64,000 nt of DNA from Parasitella parasitica NRRL 2501 (Eukaryota; Fungi; Mucoromycota), in contig MU619280.1 of the NCBI GenBank assembly GCA_025201805.1, positions 96,927-160,926 on the forward strand. The letters are read 5' to 3'. Under the pieces are notes generated by a model. The model had not been told where the DNA came from. It made no database searches and worked only from the letters and a program-made list of their open reading frames with translations. The position numbers and the translations under genes are program-made. Every line of letters starts with the position of its first letter. Within the stretch, counting starts at the first letter, position 1. Positions 13,138 to 23,951 of the stretch are shown one piece after another.

Positions 13138-13959
13138 ATATACCCTGTTTGTAAATATAAATTATATGCTATGCTGTATGCCGAGGCGTTGAGACTAAGC
13201 TACAAAATCGATGCTAAAATAAAAGACCATGGCTTTTAAAAAAAAATACTTTCTAATTTTATCATGTCAACGACATGAACTTGGGAACTGATATTTTTCC
13301 TACATTGCACCAAAAGTCCATCAAATGTGATGGTTGATCCAACTCTTTACTTTCTCTTTTTTTTGTGAGTACTAACAGTACTAAAAATTTAAAAGCATGT
13401 CGATATCACCTGGTAAGTACACCATTATTCTGATAAACATGATGTGGACTTTCTTTGAACAAAGTTTTTGAAGTAAGTGTTATGAGATGTCTTTTTCTTT
13501 GAGCCTGTAGTGAGGAGGAGGACGACGACGACCAACAAATTTCGTTCATATGAAAAAAGAACATTCGAATTTATAAGAATAAGTGAATATTTATTGAAGA
13601 CAGGAAGACAGGAAGACTGGCAAGAGGGTTTACTCTTGTGATGCTTTGAAATGCATATAAAACGGAGTATACTTCTATGGATACATTTTATCCTCCATTT
13701 AGCAGGATCAGCTATTGAAAGAAATACTATGAGCTAAAACGAACGAGTCCATACTTTTTGTCTCATAAATAACGAACGTATCTCTTTTTTTTTTATTATA
13801 ATAGAATTCAATCTTATGCACAAAATTAAAAGTGATGCTAGACAATTTATTTAAAATTTTAGTAATGACACCAATAACGAAGAGTTGCGAAATATAAATC
13901 ACCAAGAAGTATAAGAGAAGACGTAATAAAATTATTGAATGCAAAAATGCTAATTATCA

Positions 13960-14320
13960 ATCGTAGGGATGTGATTACCGAAAGTTAACGAGCATAAAGA
14001 ACACAATAAAAACAGTGTAAAAAGTAAGCATAATAGGTCGTATTTTGAGTAAAAACACATTGCGATGAAGAAGTTATGTGCAAGATTGTGGTATCCAAAT
14101 CATTACTTGTGTACAGGAATCACGCTCTTAATCAAGTCAATCAGGTTTAGTCTATGCACAGACTTGAAACTCTGAAACTTGGGAGCAGCAAAGCATCTAT
14201 CTTATAAAAACTGTGGACGTATATGGCAACGAAATGTGAACGCTGCACGCAACATTTAGGTTTGACAACGATAGAGGTTCTCAATGAATATCCCAAAGTA
14301 TTCCATCAATTCGAGTATCA
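13960..14320 (+). mobile_element. Degenerate TnpB/Fanzor-like nuclease C-terminal remnant
   Basis: 14203-14256 reads YKNCGRIWQRNVNAARNI, compared with the family motif CxxC..W.RD.NAA.NI. A frameshifted tail ..EYPKVF follows, and a DE...QDCG trace lies at about 14064-14092. Confidence 0.55.
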
Positions 14321-15371
14321 AAAACTCGCGACGGTTAGTCCACCGAATATACTTGAAAAAAGAAGGGATTTCAGTACTATTACCAACCTCATTTTACTGA
14401 AACAAACAGCATTGTTCCAGATAGATCAACCATGGCTGTTTCAGGATTTCTTGTCATCTTTTCGTCATTTTCTTTAAAAATTTATCAAAAAAATGTTTAC
14501 TGAAAAATTATTATTATTTGTAATATATTTAAATGCGCTCTTTATAGCACAAGTTTGATACTGAAAATTTAGAATTATTAGCAGATAAACGACAAAGCGT
14601 TTTTTGATTAAATGTCTATATTCTGCATAAACAATACTAAAAAGGCTGTTTTGACTATTTTGGAACATTAGGGAATATTTTTGACTAATCTACTCTATAG
14701 TTAAACCCCTCCGAGTTCAAGAATTAGTGATTTTTCATCGTAAATGCATCAGATAACAACTGCAGGCCCCCGAGGGACCATTTGATATGTTTTCAGCTAT
14801 TGACTCGCTCACAAACGCCATAATATATTGCCATCAAAGTCGTGGAAAATAAGCCCATTCTAGCCTTGAAGAATTGTTTCACGCGTGATTTTATAATCAG
14901 AAACACTTGATGTTCATTTATTCGGGCTCTATTTATCATCATATTTTTTTGTGCGAAATAGATCAGGCTTTAGGAGCACAGCGATCGGTGTTCGTTGAGC
15001 TTTTAGAGTTTTTTAGGTGGTTGTTGTCAGGAGCCATTCTCTCATAAAATGACCAACATATGGTTTAATAGTTGACACAATAGCGTCTAGTTAGGTTGGC
15101 TCGTTAGCTCGTTAGCTAGAGGTGTCGCCATCTTTTTGCCATGAAGAATTTCAAATAAATGTATAAACTAATGAATTTTTCGTAACAGCTTCTTTTTTGT
15201 CATATAACTTGTTTTTTTGCCTTAAATAATAGCTTTACGACCAGGCATATGATAGTTACAGATGGAGCTTGTCCAGGTAGTCCTGTTATTTTCATTGTGT
15301 AACTGTGCAGATGTTCTCATGCACTAATCAAGTCCTTTCTGCCCTGAAATGTGGTTGCACGAGAACCAGAA

Positions 15372-15720
15372 ATGACGTAAAATTTGGGCACAATTTCAAG
15401 TGGAGAAAGACAGGAGCCATATAAAATATCAATGGCACCATTGATTTACATCAGCGCATATTTAGGTTCTTCAGAGATCGTTCCATGATAAAAAAGTGTA
15501 ATCTTATGTATCTTTACAGTTAAAAAACAAAATCCTCTTCAATTCTGAATCGCTATTCAGACAACATCTCGATATAAAAAGTAAAAATATAGATTCCCTT
15601 CATAACTTGCAGCCTGCCAAGTCAATTTTTGTTTATATCCCACTATTTATAAGTGTAACAAGTTCCAATAGACTAAAAAAAACGCATACAGTTAAACAGA
15701 TGAGACACGATGACGTAAAA
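15372..15720 (+). promoter_or_regulatory. Two CRE-like (ATF/CREB bZIP) elements ATGACGTAAAA upstream of YPD1
   Basis: Identical 11-mers at 15372-15382 and 15710-15720. Confidence 0.4.
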
Positions 15721-15876
15721 AATGGAGGTAAAAGTCTATTCCAATCCTAAAAAAAATTTTCCTTTAGCTTTCATTTCACCTCCTTTTGATACTTTTCTTG
15801 AATTACATTTTCCAAACAAAATAATAATAATAACAATAATAATAATCAATATACAACATATACCTTTAATATTATA

Positions 15877-16484
15877 ATGTCCAGTCGCGAAGATCTACCA
15901 GATTTGGACAAGGTAAAAAGCGCATTTGGTTTTATTGTTCCCATGGTAACTAAAAGTCGAAGGATTTAGAGTGTGCCTTCAGCTGCAGACGAAACGAAAG
16001 ACGAAAAAACTATAAACTATGATGACATTATTGATGTAGACATATTTGATCAATTATTGGATATGGATGATGACGATAATTGTGATTTTTCTCATACTCT
16101 TGTAAACGATTACTTTGAACAAGCATACAAAAAATATGAAGACATGTCTAAAGCCGTGTAAGACTGGAGACCTTGTAATAATGATGAAATGAATGACTAA
16201 TACAAAATTTAAACAGAGAAGCGAAGGATTTACCAAATTTGTCCAAGGATGGCCATTTTCTCAAGGGCAGTTCAGTTGCTATCGGATTAAAAAAATTAAA
16301 GGCTACATGCGAAAAGATCCAAAATGTTGGTGAACTCAAAGATGAAGAGGAGGAACTTACGGAAGAAGAGGCATTAAAACGTATCAAAAAACTACTGAAA
16401 GATGTGGATTCGGAAATCAAAGAAGCTGAGGAGTATTTCAAAAATTTCTATAACGCACAAGGTGCTTCAGAAGCTACTGGATAA
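15877..16484 (+). CDS. YPD1: Histidine phosphotransfer (HPt) protein
   Basis: Motifs FDQLLDMDDD, YFEQA, GHFLKGSS (phospho-His) and CEKIQ. Three exons. Confidence 0.93.
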
Positions 16485-16610
16485 AAAATGTAGAAGTAGT
16501 AATTCTGTTAACAATCAGAACAAGAACTCTTCATCTATCTGTCTACTTGTTTACTTTTTATCATTACAAATACGCACTCTCTACGTTCTCTTCCTTGTTT
16601 TATTAATTTT

Positions 16611-17388
16611 TCAAGTTGCTTTAGGTAAAAATTTTATAGTAAAGAATACTAGTACAAACATGATGCACACAAATAATACAAGTGCCATAGTCATAAAACT
16701 GGTACCCCAAGACTTAGAATAGTGGACGTCTAGTCTTTGTCTTTCTTTGGTCATACGATCCAAATTACTTTCGACAGCTTGCTGTGCCTCTTTTAAAACA
16801 GCATCGTCTTTGGAAAGTATATCACCAAATGCTTGACTATTGATTTTGAGCTGCTTTGCCATACGGTTTAAATCTGTTGTCAGTTCATCATGCATCTGTC
16901 GATGATGGTGCAAGACGTGTTCAATGTTTGAAGTTTCGTTTCTTGCAGTGTTTGTATTTCTATCGAAATTTATCAATAAGATGCGGCTGTGTTTGTCTGA
17001 TTCTTTTACCTTTGTCGAATCTCTGGCTTTTCATTACTGGGTTCTGCAACTTGCTCTTCTTCTGTATCTTCTTTTTGTCCTTCCATTTCTTCTTCTGGCT
17101 CCAATGGTTTCTATGAAAAAAAGGTATGAATGACACGGGTGATTGTGTTCGTTTTTCTCGATTGTACTTTCTTCCTCTCCAATTCCTCTTGTGCTGCTTG
17201 TGCGTCTAGTTTTTTTAATTCTATCAACCACTGGGGATCAGAGTTCTCAAGCTGTTTCAATTCTTCCAAGTGTTTCTTTTTTACAAGACGAGCTTCAGCA
17301 ATTCCTTTATCTACGTCGACATGCTAATTGCTGTGTTCATAGTGGGCTATTTTGATTATACATTTGCGTCCATTGCTGATATATTGCA

Positions 17389-17453
<65 letters not shown>

Positions 17454-17832
17454 AAAAAAAAATACCATGGTATGAACAGCAACTGCTCTTGTTAATTGAT
17501 CTATACGAGATGCATACGGTAATATGCTATTCATAAAAAAGAAGAAAAGAAAAGTCCTTAGTTGTCTATTGCAACATGTAAACGAAAAAATAACCATGGA
17601 ATAGTTACTTTGCAGAGTGAAATTTTGCTTGTAATGTAGTGATATATTTAACATACTAGTCTGTGCGTTAATATTTTATCTATCCAAATTACATATAATA
17701 ATCGCTTTTCCTTACTGTAGAAAATTTTCGTTTCTCGGATGCTGTCCAAATATCAATAGGCTGTTCTTTTAATTTATTTTCACAACTGATCAAAAGTCGA
17801 AGTAAATTGATTTCGTCTGTAGTATTAAGCAT
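16611..17832 (-). CDS. USE1: ER SNARE Use1-like, multi-exon
   Basis: N-terminal EINLLRLL, SNARE coil HHRQMHDELTTDL..MAKQLK.NS..F and C-terminal TM ending FTIKFLPK. Confidence 0.8.
17391..17463 (+). repeat. About 70 nt poly(A)/poly(T) tract in a USE1 intron
   Basis: Homopolymer run seen directly. Confidence 0.9.
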
Positions 17833-17944
17833 GAGATGGTCTAGATGGTTTTTAGTATATATTTTATTGAAATTTTGATGCAAAAAGGAAAAAGCAAGAG
17901 GAAATGATGCACATGTAAAAACACGACTACTCGAATGAACATTT

Positions 17945-19427
17945 TCACTGGCTTTCAATTGCAAATTGATCAACAGCACCTGCAAACTTGGAAACACCCT
18001 CCACAGCTTCTTCTTCAGAGATGATCAATGGAGGGATCACACGAACCGTATTGCAACCTGCAGTAACCACCAATAAACCACGCTCACGGGCCATTTTAAC
18101 AATGGGAGAAGGGTCCTTGGTAAACTCAACGCCAATGAGTAGCCCCTTACCGCGAACTTCCTTTATCAATCCAGGGTGGCTGCTTTGAACTTGCTTCAGC
18201 AAGCTCTTGAGATGCTCACCCTTCTGGTTGACAGATGCAATAAACTCTGGGGTTGTAATACGACTTACCACATTTAGCGCAACAGCAGAAGCAAGAGGAT
18301 TGCCGCCAAATGTAGTGCCATGTTCTCCAGTCTTGATAAACTCTCCAACCTTCTCGGTTGTCATAATAGCACCAATGGGAACACCATTAGCCAGAGGTTT
18401 AGCCATGGTCAAGATATCGGGAGTGACATTGAAGTGCTGATGGCCCCACATCTTACCGGAGCGAGCCAAACCACATTGAATTTCGTCAAAGATCAGCAAA
18501 GTATTAGTCTCGTCACAACGCTTTCTCAATGCTTCCAAAAATTCTGCCTTGGCAGGATGCACACCGCCTTCACCTTGAATGGGCTCAATAATCACACCGC
18601 AGGTTTTGTCGGTGATAGCATTCAGAGCAGCTCCTACATCGTTGTAAGGGCTGGTGACGATGCCGGGAATCAATGGAGCAAAAGGCTTTTGGTACTTGGG
18701 GTTAAATGTCACGGACAATGCGCCCATGGATCGACCATGGAAGGCATTTGTGAAGCAGACAATCTCTGTCTTGTCAGGGCTGAATTGCTTGCCCCATTTA
18801 CGAGCAAACTTCAGGGCGCCCTCGTTGGCTTCTGTTCCGGAATTGGCTAAAAACAATTTGGAAGCCCATTTACCACCATGCTGATGAGTTGTTTCAACCA
18901 TCGTTTTGGCGAGAGCACCAGCGTGCTCGTTGTGATACAAATTGCTGGTATGTAAAAGTTTGTTGGCTTGATCATACAAAATTTGAGCAACCTCAGGATC
19001 CGAATGTCCCAAGGCAGTAACAGCGATACCGGCAGTGAAATCAAGATAACGGCGATCGTTGGTATCGTAGAGATGGCAGCCTTTGCCTCGAGCAATTACT
19101 ATATCAGGGCGAGCGTAAGTGTTGACGGTGTATCTGTTGAACTCCTTGACCTGATCCAAGGTAGATTGAGGGACTTGTGTATCGAGATGAGTCAACTGTT
19201 TTTCCGCATAAACAGATATAGGTGAATGAGTCGGGCAAAGTTATTTCTTTTGAGCCGACCTACCTCTTTAACAGGCTTAATCAAGGTACTTGAAACTGCA
19301 TACGAACGTTTCTAGTAGAATCACAACATTAATAACAGATTTTCCAACCTACAAAGGGAGCACTTGCCAATGTTTGGACACTTGCAGGCTTGATAGCACA
19401 GGATAATTTACTCAGCGTGCGATACAT
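17945..19427 (-). CDS. ARG8: Acetylornithine aminotransferase with mitochondrial presequence
   Basis: Motifs YLDFTAGIAV, NSGTEANE, FHGRS, EPIQGEGG, DEIQCG, MAKPL (PLP Lys) and HGTTFGGNP. Upstream exons begin MYRTLSKLS. Confidence 0.96.
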
Positions 19428-19559
19428 GAGAAGAGAGTAAAGATGGTAAGAGAAGAACAACACTTTATTTGATGTTTATATAATCCTCGAGATTTTTAGA
19501 TCTCCTTTCAAAAGGTTGGTTTCCCTCATCAGTCACGACAGCTGGCAACAGTAAAGCAA

Positions 19560-19659
19560 ATGAGTCATTCATTCATTAGGTGGTGGCCGCCGTTCGGTCG
19601 AGTTCTTGGGCAACACTTTTAGAAGTTTGTTTTCTGCGTTCATGAGTTACTATGAGTCA
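19560..19659. promoter_or_regulatory. Gcn4/CpcA-type elements upstream of ARG8
   Basis: Perfect ATGAGTCAT at 19560-19568 and TGAGTCA at 19653-19659. Confidence 0.6.
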
Positions 19660-20185
19660 GGGCGCCTAGATTTTTTCATTTCTGAAATGTATACCTAGAT
19701 AACTCGAATACTCGTCTAATGCTCTGGCTGTGTTTTCCATCTCTATGGACTGTTGATGGATCGACTCGATTTGCTGTATGAAGCTCGAGAAATCTGCGTC
19801 TGTATCAAGCACAAACGTTAGTAACTTTTTACTAGCGCAAAAAAAATACATACAAGTATTCTGCAGCTTCGACATCTCCTTCATTAGTCGCTGGCTCATT
19901 TGGCTCATTCGTGTATACTTTTCCTGCGTAGTTGTATTCATCTTTTCTAATAATCGACAATCTTCTACTGTCACTGTCATATTACACGGTTGAATTTAGA
20001 ATGTTTCTGCAACATTATACTACTATGCACTTACTCTTAAGCTCGGCATTAGTATATTCGGTGAAATGCTTGTATGCATCCTGGGTTAGCTTGGTAATAT
20101 GCTCCTGGTCTAGACCTTTGTTGTATTCATTTGGCTTGAGTGAATTTTGAGTTGTTGATGTTGAAGATGTAGGTGTAGAACTCAT
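19569..20185 (-). CDS. BLOC-1 subunit 2-like coiled-coil protein (4 exons)
   Basis: EDCRLLEKMN...KY..M...KLQNTY..F..QI..I.....E..A..LDEYS.YLE matches the BLOC1S2 pattern. Confidence 0.75.
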
Positions 20186-21119
20186 TGTTGTTTTGAAAAG
20201 AGGATAAAAAAAGCTTGGAAAAGCTAGTCGTGTTTGCTTTCAAACCGCATAGAACTGATTTAAAATTTGCCATTTAAAATCTTTCAGTCTATTATTCTAA
20301 TAGTATTGCAGAATCGGTATTTTGTATAATGTATCAACATGATATGCATCCCCTTTGACAGCTACCAAATAACTTTGCACAAATAAGCTTTTACGATAAA
20401 CCTTGAAAAATCCAACATCTTGCTACAAAAGATATCGAAGAATATCATATTCACGAAAATATACCCATTGTTGTATTCCCACAGATCTCTAGATTGTTGG
20501 ATGATCAAGTTCTCCAGATAGTTCGAGTGATTTTATATAATGAATCTTGCTTAACCTTTTAAACCTTTATTGGCTATGAACTAGAAGGCCAATATCACTT
20601 TATTCAATTTTATTGATTTGAGTCAGGGGCAATATTCTCATTCTCACCACATCCAAGAAAAACTGGATCAGTATCACACTGGATATGAGTTTTAGTATTT
20701 TAAAATCGAGGCAATCGACTTTCCTTCAGGGCATAGAATCATGTAGACAAGATAAAAGTGTGAGGTAACATTTATTGTCATTTTTATTGCATGAGAATGA
20801 AATAGGTATAAATGCTGTTTTTGTCTAAAGCCCTATCATAGAAAATCCACCATCTGCGTTGCGAGTATCAATTATTTTTGAGAAGCATCTGTCTTTCATC
20901 AGAAGAGGCTTTGAAGATGCTATTTACATAAGCTTTTGACTTTATTTAGCTCTACATCTAAACATTTACAAATGACGAGTAACCATGACACTGAGATTTG
21001 GCGTCAAAATAAACTATGAGAAGCTTGTTCGAGCAGAATAAAAAGAGTTCACTTCACACTACTCGATTTCGATTGCCTTGTATGATCAGATACCAGTAAC
21101 CACGGATTTGTCAATAAGA

Positions 21120-21128
21120 GTGAGTCAT
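21120..21128. promoter_or_regulatory. Gcn4/CpcA-type element upstream of HIS5
   Basis: GTGAGTCAT about 115 bp upstream of the ATG. Confidence 0.55.
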
Positions 21129-21240
21129 TTTCACTAAACCATGGCTCTAAATTACATTCTCCGAGCAAAAAAAGATAACCAGACATCAGTTTTTTTTTAA
21201 TTCAATCCTCCCTCTCTTCATCTTGCTTTCACTCTTTAAA

Positions 21241-22432
21241 ATGTCTAACTTTGATCTCAGTAAAGTCATTCGTCCTAACATCATGGCATTGAAGCCTTAT
21301 CGCTGTGCTCGTGACGATTACAGCGAAGGAGTCTTGTTAGATGCCAATGAAAATGCATATGGACCCTCTTTAACTGCTCAACATGATGGTGACCTGAACA
21401 GATACCCTGATCCTTATCAAACCCAAGTGAAAGATCGCATCGTGAAATTACGAAACTTAAAGTCCACAAAGAACTTGTTTTTGGGTGTCGGCTCTGATGA
21501 AGTTATCGATCTACTCATCCGTATTGCTTGTGTGCCTGCTCACGACAAAATATTGATTACTCCTCCCACTTACGGCATGTATTCCGTCTGTGCTCAAATC
21601 AATGACGTCCAAGTTGTCAAATCACCTTTAAATGTTGAAAATGGTGCCTATCAGTTGGATTTGAATAATGTAAGTTGGGTGACTCATCCATGTCAACCAT
21701 GACTAACCGCCAGAAAAGCTTTTTGACACTTTGAAATCAAATCCCGAGACAAAGATTGTGTTTCTATGTTCTCCTGGCAATCCTACAGGCACTTGCTTGA
21801 CCCACAAGAGTATCCGTGCAGTTCTCGACTCGGATTTCAAGGGCTTAGTTGTTGTTGATGAAGCATATGTCGATTTTGTTGATCATGATGAAGGTTCTGT
21901 CGCTGCTTGGGTTTACGAATACCCTAATTTGGTTGTCATGCAAACATTGAGCAAGAGCTTTGGGCTTGCTGGTATTCGTGTTGGTATCGCTGTTGGCCAT
22001 GCCGATGTTATACAGATCCTCAATAACACCAAGGCTCCTTACAATATCGGTACTCCTAGTGCTTTGTTGGCTGCTGAAGCTCTTTCTGATGATGGATTGA
22101 CTAAAATGTACGATTATCGCAAACGCTTGATTGCTCAACGTGGTGATTTGCTGGAGAAATTACCTCAAATTGATGGCACTGGTCGTATTTTAGGTGGCAA
22201 CGACTCTAACTTTGTCTTGGTCGAAATTTTGGGTACTAATAGCAAAAAACCTTCAAACGATCGTGCGCAAAAAGTTTATAGTATGATGGCAGAAAAGCTT
22301 GGTGTTGTTGTTCGTTTCAGAGGCATGGAGTATGGTTGCGATGGATGCCTAAGAGTCACCGTTGGTACAGAAGAAGAAAATGCAACCGTGCTTGACGTGT
22401 TGCAAAAGGCTTTGGCAGAAAATAAAATATAG
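21241..22432 (+). CDS. HIS5: Histidinol-phosphate aminotransferase
   Basis: Motifs LDANEN, NRYPDP, GVGSDEVID, CSPGNPTG, DEAYVDF, TLSKSFGLAGIR and RVTVGT. One intron. Confidence 0.96.
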
Positions 22433-22651
22433 ACTTGTCAACTGTCTTTTGCCTAGATAAGCATCTTGAATTTGTTATATATATAAATATATATAGATAA
22501 AGGTTTTATATTGTAAGCTGTCAATATTGTATATAGCGAACTGCCCTCCTTTTGCACAACATACAAGCAAACAAACAAACCATAGCTTTGTATATGTACC
22601 TTCGTTCACAGCGCATTTCATGCACTCGAAGTTTGATTGCTGACTTTGTTA

Positions 22652-23569
22652 ATGTCCCTTCATAGCTGATGAGTTTTGTTTTCGCTATTTAGTACAACAG
22701 CAATCCAGTTACTTCAAAAGGCTGGCTTTAAAGTTAACAATACAAATGCTATTAAATCCCTTGCTGACCGGTGTGGAGAATATCTCAAAATACTGTTATC
22801 AACTGCTTCAGCATGTACTCATCTTTTAGGTATACCTAAGAGGAACTCCGTTTTTATACGGAAACTCTTGTAAACAGGTTAGAGGTTGAGGTCACCAAGT
22901 TGGACAAAAAAAAAAAAAAGCGGCCCAGTAAAACCCTAAAAAGTGCATGCGTCGTAATTTTGGAAAGCTGACTGAGGGCTAATGCCTCGATATATCAGGA
23001 CTTACATGCTGGACTAAATTACCAATTGGAAGCAATTTAAAAATTCTATGCTAGTAAGCATTGCATAAGCATAGTTAGAACTGCTATCAACATCCTTTAT
23101 TTATAACCACATTATTGAATTATCGTCTTTTATGGACTACCGTGCACAAAAACGAAACCACTAACAAAACAACAAAAATCGAGAGGAGTTACAAGGTTTA
23201 GCCAAGAATCTGGCTTAATGAATATAGATTTGACAGCCTTGCTCGTTGTATTATTGTATTAAATCTCATGACGCCTAATTCAATGATTTACAATCTTGAC
23301 TTGCATACAATCTACTATTGAAAAAAAGCAATGTAAGGATGATATAATAATAGACAAATATCTTCGACCTATTAACTTAAAGGTTGATGATTAGCCTTCC
23401 AAACCTCAAAATGAATGCCACTAGTAAGCAATCAGGGTTAACTATAAATTATGACACTTTTATAGTTGGGTGTGGCCATTATAATGTATGGTATCATGGT
23501 GTGTGTATTGCGATGGCTGAAGAAAACGATAACGCGGAACAATGTCATTGTGATTGATGTTGGACATGA
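22652..23569 (+). pseudogene. TAF3-like pseudogene (bromodomain-associated histone fold plus PHD finger)
   Basis: 5' part: ADEFCF/SLFSTTAIQLLQKAGF...IKSLADRCGEYLKILLSTASACTHLLG, with a frameshift. 3' part at 23462-23569: IVGCGHYNVWYHGVCIAM..QCHCD*C, a degenerate PHD finger. Confidence 0.6.
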
Positions 23570-23951
23570 CTATATTGGGATATGTTGAAACTTGGTCAAT
23601 TCGGCACTACCCTAATTGAAACTTCTGTGCTTATGCGACCCATAACAATAGCAATCCCGTCTTGAAATTTTTTATGCTTGAGGTGAATAAACATGACGAT
23701 AGTGAACCAACATATATATCTGTTATCTGCTAAACTAAATATTCATGGTGCCTGATTTGTTAGAGTGTAGCATTTTCAAATAGATCATACTCTATTTATC
23801 AGATACTGTACTTCATCACTTTAGCCTGCAGCTACTTCATGTATCATATGTGTAATGCTGCAGGTAAAAAAAAAAAACAAGTATAAATTATGTGCCTATG
23901 GTCAAGCATCCTTCCTTTTTCTCTCTCTTCTCCATTACATCAACAAACAAA

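Noticed and set aside
17337-17654. Poly-Phe ORF and similar poly-Lys/Phe ORF ends elsewhere
   Set aside because: These are artefacts of intronic homopolymer runs.
18320-18850. 176-aa antisense ORF and other antisense ORFs within ARG8, GPI7, HID1 and CEF1
   Set aside because: These are shadow frames of real genes with no independent motifs.
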